The notes below the pieces were generated by a model. It had not been told where the DNA came from and did no database searches. It saw nothing but the letters and a program-made list of their open reading frames with translations. A stretch of 64,000 bases of DNA from Zancudomyces culisetae HAW-14-8 (Eukaryota; Fungi; Kickxellomycota): contig JBNJNM010000008.1 in the NCBI GenBank assembly GCA_052426225.1, positions 620,001-684,000 of the forward strand, in the 5' to 3' direction. The position numbers and the translations under genes are program-made. This document shows positions 15,109 through 27,000 of the stretch, piece after piece; position 1 is the first letter of the stretch, and every line of letters begins with the position of its first letter.

Positions 15109-15443
15109 TTTTTGTTGAATGTGCGAATGAAAGCTGAAAATACAGCAATTTTTACCTTTTTATATGGGGAAATGTGTATTATAAATTATAAATTCTACAC
15201 TGTGCTTGTGACCATACAAGCGTTTATAAAATGTATAGCATTTCAGTACAAACCATGAGGGGAAAGGGGTCCTCTTTGTTTGTTAATAAAGTGGGTTACA
15301 CTCTCTTTTCAAATGAGAAAAACCCAGATTTGAACAAAAACAGGCTTTAATAAATTTGAATGAAGATTTTTGGTTTTTGATTTGCGAGAATCGTTCAAGA
15401 AATAGTGCCAAATACGTCGTGGAAACGCTACAAAGAGACTAGA

Positions 15444-18400
15444 CTAGGGACAATCCTGCTTGTATAGTGTGTACATGGTTAGAGACGAAAGCAGCCTTTC
15501 TGGATGGGATTCTCTAGGTGTTTGCCATAAGCTTGATTTTTCGCCGATTTTGTCGAGATAAAATTTCGATCTAAATTGGCAGTTAAGCCACTCTTGCTTC
15601 GCAGCCAATTTTTGTAAAGAATTCGAAGGGGAGGGGGGAGGTGTTATAATTGTATAACACGAATCACTCAAGTTTACCCACTCCGATATTTTTTTATCAA
15701 GACTAATTTATTGTAAGGAAAACTATAAAAAAAAACCTACAAGCTGTAAAATCCTACTCATTTTTGAGCAGCTGCTCTCTAAGGCAAAAAGGTTTGCTGA
15801 GCAACTCCACGGTGAGCTTGTGTATATATACAACCAGGAGGACAAGTACACAAAGTATAAATACCATCAGGAAAAATTGTGGTTGGTAAAACGTCAACAT
15901 CCAAGTTCTTTTTGTAAAATAAAATTCTACTCCCGAAAATGGGGTTCCGTAACTGAAAATAAAGTTGAAAGCCAACCATGTAATAAGTGCAAACCCAAAT
16001 CCAAACAGAGTGAAAAGGGTTATGGATCTTGAATCCAAAAACGAAGCTTTAAAGTTGAGAGTAAACAGAACAATGCCCAAGAGATAGAAGTTTAGCGAGA
16101 AAAGATCGGGAGATGTTGCATTCGTGGAAAAAATTGACGAAAAAGAAAAAACACCGAACGAGCAAAGTACCGAATGAACTATTCCGAGATAAATAACTTC
16201 CCGAATAAAGACAGGGATACTCAGCAGGTAATTGTTTGGTCCTATGAATCTGTAATAGTGTGGATTCTTGAGTAAAGTTTTGGCTGGCAGATCTTGGTCA
16301 AAAATTCCGAGGAATAGAATGGGTAGCAATGTAAATATGGTATTATAAAAGGCGAGTGTGGTGGGCTCAAACACTGATGTTCCGCTAAACATTACATATG
16401 CCTGGTATATTGCTTGGCACAGACTATAAACCAGACACTTATAAAATGTAGCGATGGTGAAGCGAGAAATTCTGGAATAGTTCCACAATCCATGTACAAA
16501 CAATAATTTGCGCAAAAATCTAAACTGTGAGATCGAAAAATCGGCACTTCTCGCTGCTTGAAGCCCTTCAACACCAGATATTCCAATCCCAACATGTGCT
16601 TCTTGGATCATAGCAATGTCGTTTCCACCATCTCCAATTGCCAGAGTTGCTGCATAAGACTTGACTTTGTCGCACCTTTGTCTCATAAATTTTGCAATCA
16701 ACGCCTTCTGCGATGGTGATACACGCGAACATACCACTGTATCGGAATTAATTCCAATTTCAATAAATCGATCCATAAGGTCCTGATCCTTTTCAAGAGT
16801 GGAAAGAGTATCACCATCTATAACCATTGCAAAATGTTCATATTTCTCGTTGCTTTTTTTCTTTGTATTGGTAAAGGATAAGTTCGAGTTAAAAGCGCTG
16901 TTATTGTACATTTCAGACGCCATAAGACGCGAATTTAAAACTGCACTGTCAATGTTCTCCTCATTTTGTCTGCTAGAGTGTCTTTTGTTCGCTACTGGAA
17001 TATTCTCTGTTCCAGCATAGCTGTTTCTGGAACTTATTATCCTGCTATTTCTCGAAAGTGATCGTAGTTGGTTTAGTAACAGTTTGTAGAAGTTGGCGCT
17101 AGCACTAAATATTCTTGGCCACCTAAGATTTAGGTTGTTCTGCAAAAATTCTCGCTCGTTATATGGTCTCAACACCGACACAAAGCTTTCTGCCTCATCA
17201 AGTTTCCTAGAAAGTGTTTCGGCATCCTTGATTCCCTCCAACACAAGTGTTTTGCATATTGTTTCGTCTCCGTCAATCAACCGACATGATTTTGCTATGT
17301 TTATTGCTGTCTCTACCTTGTCCCCTGTCAACATCCAAATCCTAATTCCTGCTAACCGTAAGTTGTAGATTGTTTCTGGCACTCCCTCTTGTAGCTTGTC
17401 TTCTACTGCTGTAACTCCTGTCAATTCCATTTCCTGTTCCAGTTCATTTGCCACTGCATCTATCTGCTGTTGTCTGTTTTTCAATGATGTAGATGCTTCC
17501 AAAAACCGTTTTGCCCACGATTCATAATCTTCTTCTTCTATTTCTCGATGTGCATATACCAATGTTCGCAACCCCTCACATGAAAATGCCTTCAAACTCG
17601 AATCAACACACTTATATATCCACTTTGTCTCCTCTGTCCCCGTGTGTCTATCATTGTACCCCTTCAATCTTGGCAATATCACCATATCCGCTCCTTTACA
17701 AAACAATCTAATTTTACCATCTGGACACCTATAAACTACCGACATCCGTTTCCTATTACTAGAAAACTCTACAACTGCAAGTACACTGTACATTTCTATC
17801 ACATCCTCATTGGCGTCAAGTGGACATACAAAATTCAGATTTGGCTGTGGATTATTCAACTGTTCCTTCAGTATCTCGACTGGCAGGTTCGCCTGTTCTT
17901 CATTCTGTTTTATCACAGTTTCTTTCCACTTGGATACTCGCTCAACAGGAACTATTCGAATCTTGACTTCAGGCCCAATTCGTTCGTGAAAAATATACCC
18001 CAATTCGGCAGCCGAATATACGAGAGCCTTTTCATCAGGAGAAGTGCTTTGATATCCAACAACCGAGCGTGATTCCGAGTCGATATCAGGCTGAACAGTA
18101 TGGCATAGAGCCATTGATCGAATAAACAGAGATGATTGAACACTCAGCTTTTTAGTGGATTTGATATTCGCTGTTTTTATCAAAAGATCAATGTTTTCAA
18201 CATCTCCTTGTGATATTAGCCTAAGTAGATTTGTGGGTGGAAGCCTGGTGAGTTCACTACTAACTGTACTGAACTCCCCACTAACTTTGTCGTTTTCAAC
18301 CGAGCAATTTTCAGAATCTCCCACTACCGAATCATCATCAATCTCGTTTTTTTTGTGCTTTTTGTACAACTTTTTTGGTTTGGCACCAGAACTTGCTCTG

Positions 18401-20733
18401 TTGTTGTGGTTCAGATCCAAAGCACTGTAAATATACCTATCTTTGGGTCCAAAGAAAAACCTGTTCATGTTGACGCTGCTTCCTGATAACACGTATCTCT
18501 CAACTTGATCCAGCTTTTTTTGCCTTTTCTGTGAACTAGTTGCTGTGTCTTCGTGATAAAAGGCGAGTCCAGCAACCATTACTGCTCTGAACCTCATTAT
18601 ATTTTCTGTCAGGGTTCCTGTTTTATCAGAAAGAATATATTTCACCATTCCCAGGTTTTCGTTTATTGTTGAGGTTCTTGCCTCCATTGGGGTATCGGTC
18701 TTTTCGTCGTACATGTCCAAATCGCTGTGCATAGCATAGATTTGATAAATTCTTACTCCTTCAAGAGAGATAAACAGGGATATTGGTATTATATCGTTTA
18801 GTGATATTATTGTTCCAAATAACACATCAGCAACCGAGATTTTATACGTGAATAAATACCAAACGTTTTCAATCATATTATCCTGCACAAACACAAATGC
18901 CATAGTTAGCACTACGCATATTAGTATCAAGAAGAACAGCATTATCAATATCAGCTTGTTAAACAACCCTTGTGTCTGCGGAAGCTTTGTTCTGATATTT
19001 TTTGAAGCGTTGAGCCTCAACTTGGTCTCTTCTCCTGAATATATTATCTGGACAATTGCATACTTGATGTTGCGCAGTCTTGATCCTCTCAATAGTATTT
19101 GGTTGAGTGTGAGCGCATATTTAGCCCCATTTATCTTTACATACCCCTCAAAATAATACAAATCAGGGCTCGGTGCCTCTGTATATGTGACTCCGGAAAA
19201 CCCCGCTAGTTGTTCTGTATTTTTAATCTTTTTTGCAATAGCTGGTAATGCCTGCTTTTGTTTTAGCGTAGTTTCTCCATCTAGCGAGGAAGTTTCAACA
19301 AAACACACACCATCATCTTCGCTTGTAGTCAAAAGTATACAATCAGCTGGGATCCACTCGTCCTTTTCAATAATCAGTATGTCTCCCACCTTTAAATCCT
19401 TCCATTTTGCGTTTTTCCACGCATACCTAGCATTACTTGTTCTACATTCATGACTCTTATTTCCAGGCACATTTGCTTTGCTGAGGTTTTCTACAACAGT
19501 ATCAAAGTCTAAACACGAATACTTGGGTATATTTGCACCTGAAGCCTTATCAGTATCACAGTTTGTTCCGCTTAGCGTTTGAAGACTTTTATTTGTTTCA
19601 TCACCCATTAGCTCTTTGTTGTGTATGGACTTTGCAAAATCAAACTCCATGGCTGAACCAAGCGAGTTCAAATTTAGCTGAAAGCTTGTATTCGTCGCTT
19701 TCTCGTTATTTTTTCCTGTTTGAACATCCTCTTGTATGTTTATTTTAACATTTGTTTCAGGTACCAGCAACTTTTTTCTTTTGAACTGTTTAATCCTATT
19801 TTGAACTGCTGAAAAGGGATTCGGAATTTTTCCAAATATAGCCGATGATGTTAGTCCAACTGCAGCTTTATCTCTAAATGTATCAACCATACCTGAGCTG
19901 GCAGAGACATTAAAAAATAACTCTCTTGTTCCACACTCCTCTTCAGTCAAAACTCTTACCAACTGATTATTTTCCTCTTTGTCTATTCTGTACCTCCTAA
20001 TATCATCATACCCTTCATGTAATATGCTAATCAACAGAATAACACAAAGCGGTAGAATATTGTTCCAGCTTCCCGTTGTGCTCCAACCTGGTACTTGTTG
20101 CAATATTGTGACAAACAGAAAATATATGTTTGAAGTTTTAGAAAACTGCACTATTAGCTGTGCTGGAATAAAGGTGAATGCATTATACCTAGCAGTCGAA
20201 ATGTTGTTATTCGGGTAATCAAAGGATACCTCATACTGCAACCGTTTTACTGTGGACCGTGGTACAATGATTCTATTTTGTGGAGATTTGCTTTTTAGCC
20301 TATATGAGTATCCGGGTTTCCAGAAATCAGATGCACTTTGCATAAAAAAGCCTGGAAGTGGAACTACCCGTTTGTGCACCTTACTCGGGGTTGTCTGTGG
20401 GTCATTGCAAGCTGATGTTGGTTTATCTTTGAATTTTTTTTTTCTGTTAAATAATTTAGTTGCATTTACATTTATCCTTTCTTTAAAATTAGCAAATTGG
20501 GATTTAAAAAATGGTTGGTTTTTTGGTTGTATCAGCTCTTGCTCATCACTATTACCATCCAAGTGTTTGGTAAATGTGTTGCTACACTCGCCACTTTTAT
20601 TTTCTACCTCTGGTAGCTCATCATGTAAAGAGTTTAATCTGTCTTTGCTTTTTTCGTTATCCAGCAAAAAACTATCATTTGTAGCTAGTTTAATGTCTCG
20701 GTTGGGATTTTTGCCAGGATCATTGCCAAACAT
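15444..20733 (-). CDS. P4-ATPase phospholipid flippase A (Dnf3 subfamily)
   Basis: Motifs DGET, PISL, SDKTGTLT, KGAD, TGDK, GDGGND; Dnf3-like WSTTG..PL and SGTSVFEP. First ATG is at 20733. A probable 55-nt intron 15757-15703 extends the ORF in frame to the stop at 15444. Confidence 0.92.
17162..18142 (-). repeat. Left arm of a 981-bp inverted repeat (inside flippase A)
   Basis: Manual alignment to 36768-37748: collinear, no indels, 8 mismatches (~99.2% identity). Confidence 0.95.
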
Positions 20734-22398
20734 TATATATATTTTTTTCAATCTCCTATTTTCAAGTAAAATATATTTCTTCAGAATTATATCAAATATA
20801 AAAAAAAACCACCGCTTATTTGTAAATAAACGCTACACATAGAAGTACAGCTCTATCTTTGCACACACTTCTTTGGGTATACTTTTGGTTGTCTTACTGG
20901 TTATTTCTTGTATACTATGTGAAAATCATGGTATGGTATGTATTTGGGACTCACCTTGTTTATACAAGCTGCTTTAATATACTAGTTATTCTCTGATACA
21001 TCTACAGGATGTCAAGACTGTGTTTCTGATAGGTATTTACATACGATTACTACTATCTAATTTTTATTCGTACGTATCTGTGTATTTGTATATCTGTGTT
21101 TTTATTTATATCGCTAGTTGATATTTCTCGCTTTTTTTTCGCTCTTTTTCGTGATAACTGATGTATTGTGAGTAACTATATTCTTTTTACACCAATATAC
21201 ACTATTCTGTTTTTTATATGTTACTGATTCTTTTATATCTATACTTATTAGACTTTTTTGGTTGCACAAAGAATAAATCAAGTATTGGTTTAGAATTATA
21301 ACTACTCTCGCTTATTATTCCGTGATGTATTTGTTGCGGGCACTTTTATTAAATAAAGAAAGATATTAAACTGATATCATTAATGATGGCGACAGTAACA
21401 ACCTATACCTTTACTTTACTAGATGTTTAAAGTAACACATATTATAATTGAAAGTTAAACGTATGCTAATAGCGTTTATTTTCAATAATAGAAAATATTA
21501 AGGATGATATTTTAATATTTTTATTGTTTTTAACTTTATACCAACATGCTAATAAAGAAAAGGAAAAATAATAATAATAATAAAGAACAAAAGAGGTGGT
21601 GTGAGATGAAATGGGGAGAAAAAAGAAGGGAAGAAGGATGAAGGTGAGTTTAGGCGAAAACATAAAAAATAAAAAATAAAAATCAAGATTGCAGGCAAGT
21701 TCTCAGTAAAATGGACATTATACGAGTGGGTCTTTTAGTTTAGTTTTTTTTGATTGTAAGGTATATGGTTTTTATTCTGTGGTATTTGTTTTTGTTTTCT
21801 GCTTTTTGTTTTTTTTTCTTTACAACTGCTTGAAGTTAGGTATTGTTTAAAAAACAGAAAGGAATAATAGTTGGAGACATTTTGTATAACCAGAGGCAAA
21901 GTGATATTATTAGTAGCAGGCAATTTCAATTGAATTCAATTTGCCAAATAATATTAACAATTATTAGTTAATAAACTGAACTAATAATTTGAATATTTGA
22001 GTTATCATTACCACTAATATTATATTACTTTTTGTTTTTTTTTACTTGTGGCGTTTTATTCTAGAGTTTTAAGTTTAGCTTGAGAAGTTTGATTTATTAG
22101 ATTGAGGGTACTCTGTATCATTTTAGCTATGACTACTCTTTTCCACTAGTAAAAAATATAATGGACAAAGTGTAACTGAGAATTGGTACAGAAATTAAAT
22201 GCAATATAGGAGTGGGGAAAGGTTTAAAACAATTTTAAAAACATCAAAACCATGGACCCCAAAAACAATAACTTATCTTAGTTAACGATCCCTTGAAAAA
22301 AAACATGAAAAAAAAAGTACGTGTATGTTTTCAAGATGGGGGTTAAAAAGGAAATAGATGACAAGAATGGTAGAAAAGCGATACACTGGGTAATTGGT

Positions 22399-22439
22399 AT
22401 ACACATACATACAGATACAATACACATACACTATTACAC

Positions 22440-22472
<33 letters not shown>

Positions 22473-22686
22473 AAACACAAATTCGCACATGTATCGTATG
22501 AGCAAACACACACGCATACATATGTATATTCAGTATTTTTCTCTCACAACAAGTACCAGTATTGGTTTATTGTCTATACACAAGATTATAATTAAAAGGA
22601 AAAAAGAACAAAACAAAATAAAAAGGTACATTAAAAAAAATAGAAACGTTCCATGTTAATTTTTACATTTTTTCACAAGTAATATA

Positions 22687-22717
<31 letters not shown>

Positions 22718-22724
22718 CAAAACA
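22399..22724. repeat. Microsatellites: (ACACAT/ACAT)n at ~22399-22470 and (AAAAC)n at ~22690-22724
   Basis: Seen directly; they generate the spurious CV- and YT-repeat ORFs. Confidence 0.85.
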
Positions 22725-24062
22725 ACGCTAATTGTAAAATAATAAAGGGAATAGCAAAGTAAATGTGAGAGTGTGAGAGGGTTACAAGATGGAAAAAAGA
22801 AAAGGTGAGAAAGATTGGTGGGTGAGTGAATAAGTGAGTAAGAGATTGGGGGAGAAGAGAAAGAGAAAGAGAAAGATGAAAAGGAAGGGGTGTGGTTTGA
22901 ACAATTACCCACAATCATCGTACTACAAATAAAAAACGACCATTGTATTATACTGTATTATATTTTTAATTATTCGATAGTACAGGAAGGGCCTCCCCTC
23001 CCTCCCTCTGTCTCTCTCTCCATGTTCTTTACAAAGTGGTTGTTGTACCACAAAAGTTTTTATTTTGCTTTCTATTATTTGTTTGGGTTTATTATTACTC
23101 TTACTATTATTTTTTCCTTGATGTTTTTTTTTCTCTATCTATAATACATTCCCTAGTATAACAAACATTCATATACAAATGGATAGATAGATAGATGGAG
23201 ATGAAGAGATGAAGAGATGAATTATGAATTGAAGAGCGGAGGACAGGTAGGGGAAGCGAAGAAGGAGCGAATGTTTAGAGCGGGTGCGTGATTATTAAAA
23301 TCACTACAAAAAAAGTATATTTTATTCGATATTACATTTATAATTACAAACATTCAAACTTTTAGACAATAACGAGAATCCAGTTCTTGCTACCTTTCTG
23401 TGGATATAGTATGTATTTGTCCCAAAAAAAAAAGGAAACTAAATCAAATAAAATTCACAAACAAAAGTGAAAAAGAAAAAGAAAACGAAAAAGAAAAAGA
23501 AAAAAAAGGTGAGAAGAGCTGATGTGTGAATATATTTATTAAATGTTATTATACACACTATCCCTTCCTTGCTCATCCTAGTTCTTTACTTCCTCTTCCC
23601 CCCTCCCCCCCTCTCTCTTTCTCTCCTGTTCTGTTCATCTTCCACAATTCTAACTAATCAATCTTTGCACTTAATGTGTTTTATCATCTCACTTTTCCCA
23701 TATGGTAAATATTGGGCCTGTAACTACAAAAATGACATATCTGGTGGAGCCAGGGGGGAGGAGAGGTGAGGAGAGGTGAGGTGAGGTGAGGTGAGAGTTG
23801 AAATCATCAAATTAATCTGAAATGGTAAAATAAATCATGACACCTTTAATACAAATAAATCCAAACCATAAAACTCCTATTCGACTCTATCATCAATATC
23901 AGCTCTTAAGCTCCCTTAGTAATAAATCTTGATCACATTTATTCTGTTTTTCACGAAAAACGAAAAAAAATAAAATATGTATTAATAATTTATAATGGTA
24001 TAATTAAATAATAAAATGATTCTAATTCCAAAAAAAAAAATAGATAAAAAAATATCCATTAA

Positions 24063-27000
24063 CTACTTGGATTGAGGAACTGTACTGTCATCATCAGTTT
24101 TGGTTGTAATATCAGGAACTGTACCAACATTGGTACCAGTAGTACCATCACCATCACCACCGCTCATTGCATTTATTTTGCCACTATTATTACCCAATGT
24201 TGTAGTTATTGTCGTGTTTTTTGCACTTTTTGTGGAGGCATTGTTAGAATCTTTCATCTGATCCTCGAGTAATTCACTATGCACAATATTTTCACCACCA
24301 GTACCAGCACCAGGACTAGTAATGTTCATTTCTTGTAACATTTGCAATGCCCGTTTCGATATACTAGTTCGGTGCAAACTCTTTCTATAAGTTGAGTGTC
24401 GAATTGAAGAAATTTCACGACGTTTTGGTCGTAGCCGTTCAATAGGAATATTTGAATTTGTTGGTTGGTTTTGGTTTTGGTTCAAGAATAACGAGGTTAT
24501 ACTACTCGAACTTGTATTACTAACACCAGCACCGGGGCTAGTACTAGCACTAGCAGCAATTCTATTGGCAGCACCAGTTCTCAATGAATTCAACAAATCA
24601 TCAATCGCACCCTTTTCGTGTGATTTACTTTGCTTTGCTGCACTAGCTTCTCTAGAATTAATACTGGCGTTGGAATTAAGCGATTTGTTCGACTTTTCAT
24701 TTCTCAACTCACGCTCCCGCTTACGAGCCTCCAAAGCAGCTTCGATCTGTTTACGTCGTTTCTCCGCAACCAGTTTTCGGTTCTTTTCAAATGCATTCTC
24801 CTTGATTGCACGCTCAAAGCTAACACAAAACGACTTGAATATTGCAAAGAACTCATCGGCTGGCATTCCCTGAGGATCCTCACCAAACAGCCGAGCAACA
24901 ATGGTATATGACTCATCCATTTCAGTCATAGCAGAATCCAAAATGTTCAGCTGGATGGTGGCACGCTGCACAAATTCGGAGATTTTGGGAATAAAGGCAT
25001 CGCCTTCAACTTGGTTATCTAAAATATAAGTATCAAGTTCGGATTTGGCATTATCAAGATTATTCTGTAGCTCGGAAAGCTCGGTCTTGAGTTCAGGGTA
25101 GGAAACACGACAGGCCGCATCGAGAGGTTTCAAGTCTTCCAAAAACTGTAAAGCATCAGGAAAGGCCTCCTCTACTACCAGAGCTACAAAATGCAAAAGA
25201 GTTGTTTTGTTATCAGTAGCCTTTGTATCAAGCAGCCTAGACAACGACGAGATTTTGAAACCAAAGGCACCACCCCTAAAGCCAGCACCGTTCATGTAAT
25301 TTCCAATAGTCAGGATAACACCCATCAGCACAGGAATATGTGGTGATTTAGTGACGGCATTTGAAGCCTTAGAAACAGAAGAAATATCATCTTTCAGCTC
25401 GGAATACTTTTCACGCCAAGTCAAGCGAGTCAACATGACAGAAAGTCTAGAATCGTAGCGGTAAACCTGCATCATTTCATATAAAAATTGATCAGCACGA
25501 GCCATAAGGACATTATTCTTGGCCTGGTTGGTAAGAAGAGACCTTTCCTCAGAAGTTGGAAGATATATAAGGAATTGCTTGATGGTGTTTTCGCCAATAA
25601 TGCTGTCATCGAGTTGCAACAAGGCAGTCTTGATCTCCTCGAAAGTATATTTCCGCAACCGACCCAACATAATATTGATGTTGTTTGCACGTTTGGGATC
25701 CAGAATGGAAACAGCTTCAGCGGCACCCTTGTCGTCAACACCCTCGCCACCAGCCTGTTGTTGCTGGGCAAGAGCTTTCTCTCGGCGTTTCTTCTCACGT
25801 AAAGCGTTAAGATCAACAGCTTCTTTGGCAGCAAACATGGTTTCAACCTTGTCAAAGATGCCGGCTGTGCTAAGTTTGTCTTCAATGGTCTGGTCGACGT
25901 TAGTTTCAGCAGAATAGTTTTGAATCCAGAAGGATTGCACCAAAGTAGCTTGATCCGAAACCTTTTCCCATTGCACAGCCTTCAACTTTTTTCTAGGAAT
26001 AAACCGCAACTCCTTTCGAGGAAGTGGAGCAAAGACAGTGCTGTTTGATAAACCTGGGCCACTCTTATCACCGCCAACACCAGAGAACCCAATTCCTTGA
26101 AGTAAGGAGGCAATTTGGGAATTGGTGTTGTATCCAAATGAAGATGCACCGTCAGCTGAGTTGGGCGAGTCCAATTTTCCTAAAACCTGTCTGAATTGCG
26201 ATGCAAGAGGGGATGACCCACCTGAAGATGGTGGTGGTGGCGGAGGTGGAGGAGGAGGAGGACCCCCAGTTGATAGCGGAGGGGGTGGCGGAGGTGGAGG
26301 TGGTGGTGGTGGAGGCGGCGGCGGTGGTGGCGGTGGTGGTGGAGGTGGTGGTGGTGGGGGTGGTGGAGATGGTGGGGATGGTTGTGGTGGGGGAGGAGGA
26401 GGAGACAAGGCGGATGGAGGAGTTTGATCTTGAGTGGCAGAAATAGGTGTAGGGGTAAGAGAAGGAGAAGAGGAAGAATCGGAAGGTTCTTTGTTGCCGG
26501 GTAATGGTTCAGGCAGAGATTTCTGATCAACAGCGGACGGCTTGGGTTGAGAAGAAAAGGGTGCTTGAGTAGAGGAATCAGAAGAAGCGGGAATAGATTC
26601 AGGCCCAGGAACCGATCCAGACCCAGGAACAGGAACAGAAGTAGGAACTGACGCCGAATCAGGTGTTTCGTCTTCATCTTGGTAAAAGTCAGGGCTATCC
26701 AAAGCCTTTTTCAAGCCAATAGGACTACGTTTTGGGCGAGGACGGTCGCGAGTCTTAATAGAGTTGGAGAGATTAGAAGACTTTGAAACAGAAGAATATG
26801 GATTGGCGTCAACAGTAGTATCCATAGACGAAAAGTCCGAACCACCAGGATTGGTGGCATAGTTATCCGATCCCATTCCCCCTGGTACACCTCGGTCTCC
26901 AAACAACACTCGTTCAATTTTGTTGCGTGCAAATGATTCTGATACCATTCGGTCTACTGATCCTCCTTGTCCTTGAAGTCGCTTGACTTCCATTGCTAAC

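Noticed and set aside
17162-18142. Inverted repeat read as transposon terminal repeats or a pure assembly collapse
   Set aside because: The arms are in-frame ATPase coding sequence with no transposase or target-site duplication. Eight mostly silent differences argue against a simple collapse, though raw reads are still needed.
17493-18143. Duplicated small ORFs (142, 72 and 63 aa) matching ORFs at 36740-37417
   Set aside because: These are shadow frames of the shared flippase tract, not independent genes.
21400-23800. Short F/L/Y- or CV/YT-rich ORFs
   Set aside because: They arise from microsatellites and purine/pyrimidine low-complexity blocks, with no coding features.
26122-26677. Gly-, His- and Val-rich ORFs (also at 10277-10553)
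   Set aside because: These are antisense or alternative-frame shadows of the formin FH1 poly-proline tracts.
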